The notes beneath the pieces were generated by a model, which worked only from the letters and a program-made list of their open reading frames with translations, was not told the DNA's origin and ran no database searches. Positions 9,144 through 17,810 of a stretch of 59,038 bases of DNA are shown here, piece by piece. Every line of letters begins with the position of its first letter. Positions within the stretch are counted from its first letter, which is position 1. Location: the NCBI GenBank assembly GCA_036397795.1, contig DASWIF010000040.1, positions 1 through 59,038 of the forward strand, in the 5' to 3' direction. The stretch comes from Candidatus Saccharimonadales bacterium (GTDB lineage: Bacteria; Patescibacteriota; Saccharimonadia; Saccharimonadales; DASWIF01). The translations under genes were made by a program, and so were the position numbers.

Positions 9144-10398
9144 TTGACCAGTGCCAGATCTCGGTTCTTAGTTGATATAAGCCGTACCGGCCAGCGTTGG
9201 CCGTTAGCCATTCCCACGTTGCGTTGCCCGGTGCCTGACAAAAGCTTCGTCCGTCAATTATTATCTCATGCGGGCAAGAGACTGGGATACTGCTCATATC
9301 GACCGCAAAACCCATTTGGTGGTTAGAATAACCCGGTCGTGCGGTGGGTATTCGGCAAGAACTGGCCGGTGCATTATAAATATCCGGGCAGCCGTTTCTT
9401 ATGCGCGCATCTATCTGGCCCTGCATGGTCCTGAAACCCCCACCACGCAATGAAATTCCACTAGCCGACGCTGACTGGGCCATCTGATAATAAACTCCGG
9501 AAATTTGCGAATTCACCCAAGGGCCGGCACTGCCGTCGGGCAGTGCAATTTGGCATATCCTAATCCTGTATCTGGACCCATCATCATAACCATCAACGAG
9601 CTGCTCTCCAAGTATCTGCCCCTGGCATGGTACCTCTGTTGTATCTCCTTTAATTATTTCAAGATCGAGATCACCCCCACCGCAAGTTACACCGGTGCTG
9701 CCGCTAGTCCCTGCCAGATCCTCATACACATCTTCAGCTGGGCTTATGCGATAGCGGAAGGCTTGTTCGTAACTAATCTTACCCTCCGCGTAGTCAATTG
9801 AGAGTTGGTTAGCTTCATAGTAACGAGCAAACGCAACAGCCGCATCTTCCACGGTTTGCGTGGCTGTAAGCATCTCAAAAGCATTTGCTCGTGAACCACC
9901 TGTTACTCCTGGTGCAGGTGGCTGACCTGTCATCTCAAACATAATAAAATCCAGCTGTAAATCTAATGTCAGAGGGTCCTTATTCAGGGCCTCGGCATAA
10001 CGAAGCAGAGTTTGCCACCGTTCACTAAAGGTCCACTGGGCAATACCCCTACCCTTTTGGCCGGACGGATCGTTAGGATCTTCAACAAAATCGCCGCCTT
10101 GCCTGATACGCGGGTCTAAAGTACCAGCCGATTCAACGAGTAGGTTGCCAATAATACCTGCAGCTTGCTCTTGGGAGAAACCGTGAGTTATGAAATAATT
10201 CCAGACAACTTCTAGATTATTACCGCCAGCTACAATACCGTCGACGCCGCAAATCTCATCATCGGCGTCATAAAATACATGATTTCTTAATATCGCCTCT
10301 CTGTCATTGTCGTTGATCGCTATCACGTTGGTCGGTATAAAAAAACTAAACCAAATGATCATAATGATGGACAGGTATCGATATAAGCGGCCGATCAA
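9130..10398 (-). CDS. Bifunctional cell-wall hydrolase: lysozyme-like (phage tail lysozyme type) N-domain + peptidase M15 (VanY-like) C-domain
   Basis: ORF track, 422 aa, with signal/TM. AAGIIGNLLVESAGTLDP ... GRGIAQWT is lysozyme-like. YSNHQMGFAVDM (about 9297-9334) and EIWHWS are the M15 zinc-peptidase motifs. Confidence 0.75.
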   Translation of the reverse strand: MIGRLYRYLSIIMIIWFSFFIPTNVIAINDNDREAILRNHVFYDADDEICGVDGIVAGGNNLEVVWNYFITHGFSQEQAAGIIGNLLVESAGTLDPRIRQGGDFVEDPNDPSGQKGRGIAQWTFSERWQTLLRYAEALNKDPLTLDLQLDFIMFEMTGQPPAPGVTGGSRANAFEMLTATQTVEDAAVAFARYYEANQLSIDYAEGKISYEQAFRYRISPAEDVYEDLAGTSGSTGVTCGGGDLDLEIIKGDTTEVPCQGQILGEQLVDGYDDGSRYRIRICQIALPDGSAGPWVNSQISGVYYQMAQSASASGISLRGGGFRTMQGQIDARIRNGCPDIYNAPASSCRIPTARPGYSNHQMGFAVDMSSIPVSCPHEIIIDGRSFCQAPGNATWEWLTANAGRYGLYQLRTEIWHWSIDGT

Positions 10399-10400
10399 AG

Positions 10401-13028
10401 TTAAAGTCCCCCATCATCGGCATCGGTGAAGAGCGAGGCCATAGAATTCATTACCTGAGCGTCGAGCAAACAGAGGTTATAGATTGACTGCGCGTAGTCG
10501 TCGTACTCCTTTAATTCGGTTTCGGTCGTAAGCAGCTTTTCTAGCGCGCTGTGGGTGGCATTCCAAAAAGCGTCTTGATCCGTCAGCAGCTCCCAGCTTA
10601 ACGGAACAAGTTGACCTGCTTCGGCAACAGAGGCACCAGCGGCTCTTAATACCTGGTGGACGTTGGAACAATTTTGCGGAGTAACGTCGGCCGGATCCAT
10701 TTCCAAAACGCTTTCAGGAAAGGCATATTGGGTTGTACCGGCAAATTCGGTCGGCGTTTCGACCGACTGGGCATAAACCGGCCGCCAAACAGAGGCGGCG
10801 ACATTGCCGTAGGCGGAGGCTATTAGCTTAGCCGGGCTAAGCAGTGAAGCGATTCCACTTAGCGTGCTTTGATAAGAAGTTGGAGAAATGGCGATAAGCC
10901 TGGCGATTAGTGAGCGCGGGTTATCCAGGGCAAAAATCCGTCCCGTTAGATCGGAGGAGTCTTGACGTTCTTGATCAAACCGAGTGGCCAACTGCTCAAC
11001 GTATGCCCGATCTTCTTCGGTAGCGGCCCTTGCACCGGCAAAGCGGAGAGTGTTTTCCGCCGTGATGATCGAGCCAGCCGCCAGGATGTTTGTTAATTCG
11101 CCGCCCTGTTGAGTACCGTCAACTATCGGCGAACCGCCAAAGAACGCTAGTACGCGTTCCGTTATCCAGCCAACTGCCCACTCTATGCCAGCTTGGGCGC
11201 CAGGTATAAGACTTAAGACAAAGTTAATCACACCGCCGGCGATAGTATTAAAAAGGTCTATCACTGCTTCTACTAAGTCTCCAAAAATGGGAATACTTAT
11301 TATGAAGCCATACGTTGACGCAATAGGTTGTATTAATATGCCAACACTGTTGTTGTAGGTGGCCTCGATGGTTTTTGCATACTTTGTGGCATCGGCCTTT
11401 TGATCGTCGCAAAAGTACTGGTAGGTTGGCTTGTTCTTGATTTTTTCCTCGGCTTCTATTCTGGCTTGATCGAGCTCGCACCAATCGGCTTTTTTGGCTT
11501 GGTCAATCGGCCTTTTTTCTATCAGGACTTGATGAGCCTCACTGGCCTCAAAACCCTCCAAGGATTCATAGGCGGCCGTCAGTTCCTCGCCGCTGACGTC
11601 CTCACCGGATATAATTTGATCCGACATGATTTTAAACTGAGTATAAACAGCGGTGTATTGGGCGGCCCGAGCGACAGTTATCATCTTGCTAAAAGTACCT
11701 TTTAAGAAATTGTTATGTATTGACACCAAGACATCGAGCGTGTCAGCTAGATTGATTACACCGAGTAGTTTAGAAGCTATTTTGGCTACAAGAACTTTAC
11801 GCGGGCTGCTTGGTGTATCAGGACTAGTGCCAGCATTTTTGGCAGCATTATCGATTTCTTCCTGGATTTCTTTTTGTAAGGGGCGGTTGTCCGAGTCACC
11901 ACCTGGCACACAGTTGGTGGTCCGAGTATCGCTGCAGGCCTGATCGCCGAAGTCTTCACCCACAACTGATCCGTCAAGGTTGAGGTTGAGGCTGTCATTC
12001 TTAGGGTTAACGGGGTCGGACGAATTAGAGCACCTTGAGTTGCTGAATAAGCAGCCAATAAACAGACCGCTGCGCAAGCTAGTCTTGATACCTTCCCAGA
12101 GTTTTATCCGGAAATTGCGTCGATGAACTTCCAGTTTCTCCCGGGTTCCCTCAAAGAATCGCCAACGTCTGACACCGTTCATATTTTGGAGATTGCGCCT
12201 GACATTGTGGCGTTTAATAACCTGAAACCACCGGGTATTGTCGTTGACAGTTTCCTTAATTGCTCGACGGGCGGCTTTGTCGCTGTCAAACAATTCGTCT
12301 GTAAAACCCTCAATGTTATTGGCGGTAATCTCTCCCGCTCGGAACTCTCTTGCCGTGATTTCGCCAAAATCATCGCCGACGGTAATCCGGGCTAGTTGAG
12401 GCCGGCCGTCGGGCCCCGCCCGCGTTTCAAAAAAAGTGCCGTGATCATTGAACACTCTGGCCTCGAAGTCGCTAGTCCTAAGAGTCCGGTACCAATCAGT
12501 CAGGGGCCGGTCGGTATCAACGCTCCTTGCCCGGAACCATTCACTTGTACCTGGTTTATCAAACTCCATCAAACGAGCTCGCAAGTAAGCGATTTTATAT
12601 TTGTCCGACCGACGGTCAAAAATCGAGTTCATGTTCACGTTGGTTACGTCGTCAAGGTTCTCAAAAATAAAGCTAAATTTCAGCGGCAACAGCGAGGTAA
12701 TAATGAGTCCAAATCCCCCGACTACCAGTCCGACCACAGAGCTTATCAGGGCATAGCGCTTCCAACTCTTCCGAAGGCTCAAGCGCTTTTTGGCCTTTGG
12801 CTGGGGGGACTGGCTGTAGAAACCTTGTTCTAACCCGGCTAGGCCGGACGATGCAGTTTTGCCGCTGGTAGTCTGGTCTGCCGCGGCGTCTTCTTTATTT
12901 TGCAGATCCGGTTCCTTCGCCGTGTTGGCATAATTTTCCGGCGCGGTCTTGTCATTGAACTTCTGGTCGTAGTCGTCCTGGATGGGGTTGGGGTCGGTGT
13001 CGGGCGGCTGATCAGTCTTGGTTGCCAT
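10401..13028 (-). CDS. Large T4SS-associated membrane protein, function unknown
   Basis: ORF track, 875 aa. Disordered acidic N-terminus, TM YALISSVVGLVVGGFGLIITSLLPL, further hydrophobic helices around aa 590-650. I saw no P-loop. It sits in the operon between VirB4 and the hydrolase. Confidence 0.7.
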   Translation of the reverse strand: MATKTDQPPDTDPNPIQDDYDQKFNDKTAPENYANTAKEPDLQNKEDAAADQTTSGKTASSGLAGLEQGFYSQSPQPKAKKRLSLRKSWKRYALISSVVGLVVGGFGLIITSLLPLKFSFIFENLDDVTNVNMNSIFDRRSDKYKIAYLRARLMEFDKPGTSEWFRARSVDTDRPLTDWYRTLRTSDFEARVFNDHGTFFETRAGPDGRPQLARITVGDDFGEITAREFRAGEITANNIEGFTDELFDSDKAARRAIKETVNDNTRWFQVIKRHNVRRNLQNMNGVRRWRFFEGTREKLEVHRRNFRIKLWEGIKTSLRSGLFIGCLFSNSRCSNSSDPVNPKNDSLNLNLDGSVVGEDFGDQACSDTRTTNCVPGGDSDNRPLQKEIQEEIDNAAKNAGTSPDTPSSPRKVLVAKIASKLLGVINLADTLDVLVSIHNNFLKGTFSKMITVARAAQYTAVYTQFKIMSDQIISGEDVSGEELTAAYESLEGFEASEAHQVLIEKRPIDQAKKADWCELDQARIEAEEKIKNKPTYQYFCDDQKADATKYAKTIEATYNNSVGILIQPIASTYGFIISIPIFGDLVEAVIDLFNTIAGGVINFVLSLIPGAQAGIEWAVGWITERVLAFFGGSPIVDGTQQGGELTNILAAGSIITAENTLRFAGARAATEEDRAYVEQLATRFDQERQDSSDLTGRIFALDNPRSLIARLIAISPTSYQSTLSGIASLLSPAKLIASAYGNVAASVWRPVYAQSVETPTEFAGTTQYAFPESVLEMDPADVTPQNCSNVHQVLRAAGASVAEAGQLVPLSWELLTDQDAFWNATHSALEKLLTTETELKEYDDYAQSIYNLCLLDAQVMNSMASLFTDADDGGL

Positions 13029-13031
13029 TTA

Positions 13032-14966
13032 TTAAATCTCCATCACTTGCGGCTGGTCGGTTTGATTCGGCTGTGTTACTGCCGTTTCAGGCTCATTTAT
13101 TTGCGACAGTTGCTCAATAGCTTTTAATTGCTTCGGGTCGGTTGAGATAAGCGAGGTCTCGGTGGCGCTGGCGATAACCTGGATATGGACATGATTTTGA
13201 CCGGCAAACAGTAGCCCCTGTCCGACCGGAAACTGCGCCAGGCGCTTCTTTTCTTCGCTGGTCAGTTTGAAGGTATCGGCCAGAACGTCGACGGCTGAAG
13301 TCGATTGTTTGAGCAGGATTTGCATCGAGCTGTTGGCCACCACCGCCCGGCCCATCTTGGAGCTCATGAAGTCTTCGACGTCTTGGCTAATAGCGGTTAA
13401 CCCCAAATTATATTTTCTGGCCCGTTTGGCTAAGGAGAATAAGAAATTGGCCGAATCCTCATATTTCATCAGCTGCCAGGCCTCGTCAACCACCAGCATG
13501 CGTTTTTGGCGGTCGGTCTTGGTTTTGTTCCAAATGTAATTAAGCACGATATACATGGCTACCGGTCTGAGCTCGTCCTCCAGATCGCGGATATTAAACA
13601 CTACTAAGCTGTTGTTGATGTCAACGTTGCTTTGCTGCGAAAAGACACCGGCAAACGTACCGCTGGTGTATTTTCTCAGGCGTTGGGCTAGTTGCGGGCC
13701 GGTGCCGCCCATGTGCAGCAGGGTTTCATACAAGTCGTTGATCGTCGGCGGCGGAGTGCGGTGGGTCAACGGGTCATTGGTGATACCGGCTTTAGCGTAC
13801 GTTTCGATTAAGGCTTGGTCTAGATCGGCTTCCTCGACCGGACTGAGCGCCGGCATGGCCACGCCGCCGCTGGCGGCCGCGGCCGCTTGAGCTTGGGCGC
13901 CGCCCATCATCAATCTGAGCAAGCCGTGCAAACTGATCAAATTGGCGCGAAGCGCGTTGTCGGCGTCTTCCTTTTCAACTACTTGGGGCAGATCGAATGG
14001 GTTAATCCGGGTGGGTGAGCTAAGACTCAGCCGGACGTAAGAGCCGCCGACGGCGTCCGACATCCGTTGATACTCGTTTTCCGGATCGATAATAATAACC
14101 TCGGTGCCAAACATCATGGAGCGCAGAGCCTCCAGCTTGACCGCAAACGATTTACCGGCACCCGATTTGGCAAAAACCACCAAGTTGGCGTTTTCCAGCC
14201 GAAAACGGTCAAATATGACCAAGCCGGAATTGTGCATATTGACACCATAAAGAATACCGTCCTCGTCCGTTAAGTCGGCCGAGGTAAAAGGAAAGCTGGT
14301 AGACAGCGCGCCGGTCGACATATTGCGACGAATTTGCAATTGATCCAAGGCCTGAGGGATAGTGGAATTAAAACCTTGCTCCATTTGGACTGTGGCCGGT
14401 TTGGAATAAACCAACTGCTGGCCCAGGATGGTTTCAATCTTGTGTTCGACAAAATCAAGCTCCTCTAGGCTGCCGGCATAAATCGTAAAGTAAAAACCGA
14501 ACCTAAAGAAACGTTCCTCGCCAATTTGCAACTTGTCCCTTAGCTCTTCGGCATCCTGAATAGCGGCCTGCAGACCGACATCTCTAACCCGGCCCTTTTC
14601 GGCGTTAATCTGGATACCGGCTTCCAGCTGCCCGACCTTTTTCTTGAGGTTTTGGAGCACGACTTGGCTTTCCACCGGGTAGACAAACATGGAAATATCT
14701 ATTTCTTCATCGACATTGATAATCGGTGACAGCCAGCCGGTGTAAATTTGCCGGGGGTAACCATAGACGTAGAATGTTCGGGCGTAGCGCGTACCGATTC
14801 TAAAATGGCCGGATTCGAGCTCGATTGAACTCGGCGCGATGAAGTCTCTAAGAGCCGTAACGCCTTTTCTAAACTCTTGTTCGACCTCAGTTTGCTCTCG
14901 GGCACGCTGATATGCGGCCAAATCAATCGGATCATGTTGAGGTTGTTTATTACCAAAAAGGGCCAC
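13032..14966 (-). CDS. virB4: Type IV secretion ATPase VirB4/TrbE/PrgJ family
   Basis: ORF track, 644 aa, GTG start. Walker A VFAKSGAGKSFA (about 14145-14179), Walker B MLVVDEAWQLM, and a Gram-positive VirB4 N-domain pattern APSSIELESGHFRIGTRYARTFYVYGYPRQIYTGWL. Confidence 0.9.
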   Translation of the reverse strand: MALFGNKQPQHDPIDLAAYQRAREQTEVEQEFRKGVTALRDFIAPSSIELESGHFRIGTRYARTFYVYGYPRQIYTGWLSPIINVDEEIDISMFVYPVESQVVLQNLKKKVGQLEAGIQINAEKGRVRDVGLQAAIQDAEELRDKLQIGEERFFRFGFYFTIYAGSLEELDFVEHKIETILGQQLVYSKPATVQMEQGFNSTIPQALDQLQIRRNMSTGALSTSFPFTSADLTDEDGILYGVNMHNSGLVIFDRFRLENANLVVFAKSGAGKSFAVKLEALRSMMFGTEVIIIDPENEYQRMSDAVGGSYVRLSLSSPTRINPFDLPQVVEKEDADNALRANLISLHGLLRLMMGGAQAQAAAAASGGVAMPALSPVEEADLDQALIETYAKAGITNDPLTHRTPPPTINDLYETLLHMGGTGPQLAQRLRKYTSGTFAGVFSQQSNVDINNSLVVFNIRDLEDELRPVAMYIVLNYIWNKTKTDRQKRMLVVDEAWQLMKYEDSANFLFSLAKRARKYNLGLTAISQDVEDFMSSKMGRAVVANSSMQILLKQSTSAVDVLADTFKLTSEEKKRLAQFPVGQGLLFAGQNHVHIQVIASATETSLISTDPKQLKAIEQLSQINEPETAVTQPNQTDQPQVMEI

Positions 14967-14979
14967 TAGACAACCTCAA

Positions 14980-15445
14980 CAGTATTTAGGAAATAGTATT
15001 TGGGAATAAGGAAAGAAGTCATTTTTTATCGCCCCAGCTTCTGGCTGTTTTAATTAAACCGGATATCAACTTTTGGGTATCTTCAACTTGTTTAACTAAC
15101 TTTGTAAAATCCGAAGTGTTAATGTATCCTACATCTCTCGCGATGACTAACTGGTTCTCAACTTCGGTCAATGAACTAATAGCTATAGTGTAAAACTGAA
15201 CCTTATCTCCACGTGTATTGCGCGAAAAACCCTCGGCGACATTCGATGTAACTGATACGATGGCGCGTCTCAATTGACTTGTCAGGCCGTAATCTTCTGA
15301 CCTCGGAAAGCTGGATGTTACTTTGTAAATATCTAGTAACAATTGATGGCCTGCTTGCCAGGCTCGCAGGTCGGTGAACTTCTTGATCTTGCTAATTGTT
15401 GGACTTTCCATTTCCATATTCCTAAATACTACTTCCCGTATACTG
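14980..15445 (-). mobile_element. IVS-like cassette: four-helix-bundle gene bounded by 29-nt imperfect inverted repeats (candidate insertion / RNA processing element)
   Basis: Left arm 14980-15008 is CAGTATTTAGGAAATAGTATTTGGGAATA. The reverse complement of right arm 15417-15445 is CAGTATACGGGAAGTAGTATTTAGGAATA. 24/29 positions are identical. Confidence 0.45.
15019..15417 (-). CDS. Four-helix-bundle protein (23S rRNA intervening-sequence protein / Avd-like family)
   Basis: ORF track 15019..15498, trimmed to internal ATG 15417 so it does not overlap the upstream gene. Family pattern DLRAWQAGHQLLLDIYKVTSSFP ... LTSQLRRAIVSVTSNVAEGFSR ... FYTIAISSLTEVENQL. Confidence 0.8.
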   Translation of the reverse strand: MEMESPTISKIKKFTDLRAWQAGHQLLLDIYKVTSSFPRSEDYGLTSQLRRAIVSVTSNVAEGFSRNTRGDKVQFYTIAISSLTEVENQLVIARDVGYINTSDFTKLVKQVEDTQKLISGLIKTARSWGDKK

Positions 15446-16288
15446 CTCTGGCTGTGCCGGCGACTCGCCTTTCTCAACGATGGGGGCTTCCAAATCACTT
15501 ACGTTTCTTAGATTTTGCCTAGTGGCTGTGTCGGGGTTATAAACATCATAATACAGCTCGATCAACTCCTGTGTGTCCAGCGGGATAGCCTGGACGCTCA
15601 TTTGGTTCAGCCCGCCGACAACGCTCTGGACACGATTTTTGAGTTCTTGTTTGGCCTTACCAAGCTCGCCCTCGTTAATCGTTATAACCTCATTGCCGGC
15701 CGACTTGTTAATTTTAAACAGTTCAAAGAATCCGCTAAATACCTTCTTGCCGGCCTCGACCGGCTTGCTGATATCGATAGTTGGAAAGTAAGGTACCACC
15801 ACATAAAATTGCTTATCCATAATATTGGTTTGTTGCACCAAAGCGTCAATATAAGCGACATAGTCTTCCATTAGCAGCCCGAGTAGCATATTTTCCTGCT
15901 CGGAGCGCAACTGGACTAATTTTTCCAAATAAGGACGCATATCAATCTTTTTTGATCGGATAAAAATTTGAATGGGAAAATACAGTGAGTTTAAAAATCC
16001 TTGGTAGCCATACTCGACCGCCTCTCGTTCTTGCGGGCTCATAAGATCAAAGTTGATTGATTGGGCCATTACCACCGAACGGTACGAACCGTCACGCATG
16101 ATGACAATCCCGTCCCTTATCTCGGCAATGTGGAGGGTATTTTGTGTGCTGTTGGGGTTGGTGCTCTTGGCCGCTACCATCCCGGCCGGCGGTGTGCCTT
16201 GAACCGGGGCCCCTGGGGTGGGTGGAACATTGGTTGGTTGGGGGCCCACCTGACCTTGATTGGGTTGAACTTGATTATCCGGCTGCAT
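15422..16288 (-). CDS. T4SS accessory protein resembling a VirB4 N-terminal domain without the ATPase
   Basis: ORF track 15422..16300 (TTG); ATG at 16288 is more likely. Pro/Gln-rich N-terminus, then IAEIRDGIVIMRDGSYRSVVMAQSINFDLMSPQEREAVEYGYQGFLNSLYFPIQIFIRSKKIDMRPYLEKL. By eye this parallels the VirB4 N-domain. No P-loop. Confidence 0.55.
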   Translation of the reverse strand: MQPDNQVQPNQGQVGPQPTNVPPTPGAPVQGTPPAGMVAAKSTNPNSTQNTLHIAEIRDGIVIMRDGSYRSVVMAQSINFDLMSPQEREAVEYGYQGFLNSLYFPIQIFIRSKKIDMRPYLEKLVQLRSEQENMLLGLLMEDYVAYIDALVQQTNIMDKQFYVVVPYFPTIDISKPVEAGKKVFSGFFELFKINKSAGNEVITINEGELGKAKQELKNRVQSVVGGLNQMSVQAIPLDTQELIELYYDVYNPDTATRQNLRNVSDLEAPIVEKGESPAQPEQYTGSSI

Positions 16289-16348
16289 CTCGCCCACCAA
16301 TTAAATAGGCCATAACCAACAACTGATAACCAACAACTGACAATTCCT

Positions 16349-16723
16349 TCATTTTGATTTCTCCAAAATGCTGCTCAGAATTTTGAGTAACTCATACCCC
16401 TCGACTAGCAGCTCTTGTCTACGTTCAAGCATAGCATTATCTGGGGTGTCAACCAACTTGAGCCAGTAAATGGATTCCTTAGTTTCTTTGCGGGAAATTC
16501 TAAGTCTCATTAGCCGATCTTTGGAACCAAGCGATTCTCTGTGCTCTATATAGTTAGCGCCAACTGAAGCCGAAGAGCGTATGAGTTGTTTTATATATTC
16601 GTGATTGGAAACAGATCGGGGTAGTTTACCGCAAAAATCACGACATAAGCGAGCAAAAAGCAACGTTCGATCCTCTAGATCGAATGGCTTAGTAGCCACT
16701 TTTGTTTGTTGACTCCGATGCAT
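16349..16723 (-). CDS. Four-helix-bundle protein (23S rRNA IVS protein / Avd-like family), second copy
   Basis: ORF track, 124 aa. IKQLIRSSASVGANYIEHRESLGSKDRLMRLRISRKETKESIYWLKL fits the family pattern. Confidence 0.75.
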   Translation of the reverse strand: MHRSQQTKVATKPFDLEDRTLLFARLCRDFCGKLPRSVSNHEYIKQLIRSSASVGANYIEHRESLGSKDRLMRLRISRKETKESIYWLKLVDTPDNAMLERRQELLVEGYELLKILSSILEKSK

Positions 16724-16800
16724 ACAACAAACATTATAACCTCTCTATACCTATTCGTATGCTTGCCAGTTGCAAGTTGATAATTGATAGTTTTTCTCTG

Positions 16801-17757
16801 CTAATGCAGAGAAATTTCATCTCCAGATTCGAGCGACTTCAGCCGCTGCGCTTCGGTGGCCAGGGTCTGAACACTGAGATCGCTGGCGTTGTTGACCAGA
16901 TTGGTAATGGCCGGATCAGGCGCCGACGCAGCCGCGCTGGAATCTTGGAACTGGTATTTGGGAATATGGTTAGCTTCGGTTTTTTTTGGTCTGGTTTTTT
17001 TATTCCCAGCCTTATTCCTAGATACCGATCCCTGGATACTATCGTCGTCTACTGGCTGGATGACGCGCTGCGTCATTTGAGGATAGGGGTTAAAACTCGG
17101 GTCGTTCATGTGTGCGACAGCATCGTCAATCACGTGTTTTTGCTGGTCCTTGATCATCTTGTCAAAATGAGCCGCAATTGGGCTGGCGGATTCGTCCATA
17201 ACGTCGTCTTGGGGGTGGATCTCGAGGGGGGCTAATTGGCCCGGCAGCTGGCTAAGCGAGATAAGTCGATCGCCTTCGATAACAGACTGGGTCGGTATTA
17301 CGATATTAGTTTGGAACCGCGGATCCTTGCTGGACCATCCACGCGAATCCATGGTAGTGGCTAGCTGCTTAAGCCGGCTTCTAACTTCGCCGGTACTAAG
17401 ATTGTCGGACTGATGCAGTTCGACTGATTTTGGAGCAGTAATCCGAACGTTTTCCATAACGCCTTCCTGATTCCAAATGCGCTTATGGGGCTTAAAGTAA
17501 AATCTAACCAACGAGGCCAAGTAGCTCTCAGCTGGCTGGGCCGAATTTTTAACGCCCAAGACAACTAATAGTCCAAAGAACAGGGCGGGTGTGATAGTTA
17601 ACGGCAAGAACACCAACGTGATAGAATTGCGCGCCAAAAGAAAACTGAGCCAACCGGATATAAAAACAATAATTATGTAAATGAACTGTCTGAGGGTAAA
17701 TGGGCCAAGCAGCTTGTCTTCAGCCTCGACGTCCTGGGGGATTTTATAGGTTGCCAT
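16801..17757 (-). CDS. PrgI-family (VirB3-like) T4SS membrane protein
   Basis: ORF track, 318 aa. Diagnostic N-terminus MATYKIPQDVEAEDKLLGPFTLRQFIYIIIVFISGWLSFLL followed by a second TM. Confidence 0.75.
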   Translation of the reverse strand: MATYKIPQDVEAEDKLLGPFTLRQFIYIIIVFISGWLSFLLARNSITLVFLPLTITPALFFGLLVVLGVKNSAQPAESYLASLVRFYFKPHKRIWNQEGVMENVRITAPKSVELHQSDNLSTGEVRSRLKQLATTMDSRGWSSKDPRFQTNIVIPTQSVIEGDRLISLSQLPGQLAPLEIHPQDDVMDESASPIAAHFDKMIKDQQKHVIDDAVAHMNDPSFNPYPQMTQRVIQPVDDDSIQGSVSRNKAGNKKTRPKKTEANHIPKYQFQDSSAAASAPDPAITNLVNNASDLSVQTLATEAQRLKSLESGDEISLH

Positions 17758-17810
17758 ATTAGCTTAAGTATTAAGGATAAAGATTGAAGTATCAAGTCTG
17801 GCCGGCAAGC

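Noticed and set aside
15019-16723. Diversity-generating retroelement, suggested because the 4HB proteins are Avd homologs.
   Set aside because: No reverse transcriptase ORF and no template/variable repeat pair are visible in or near the locus.
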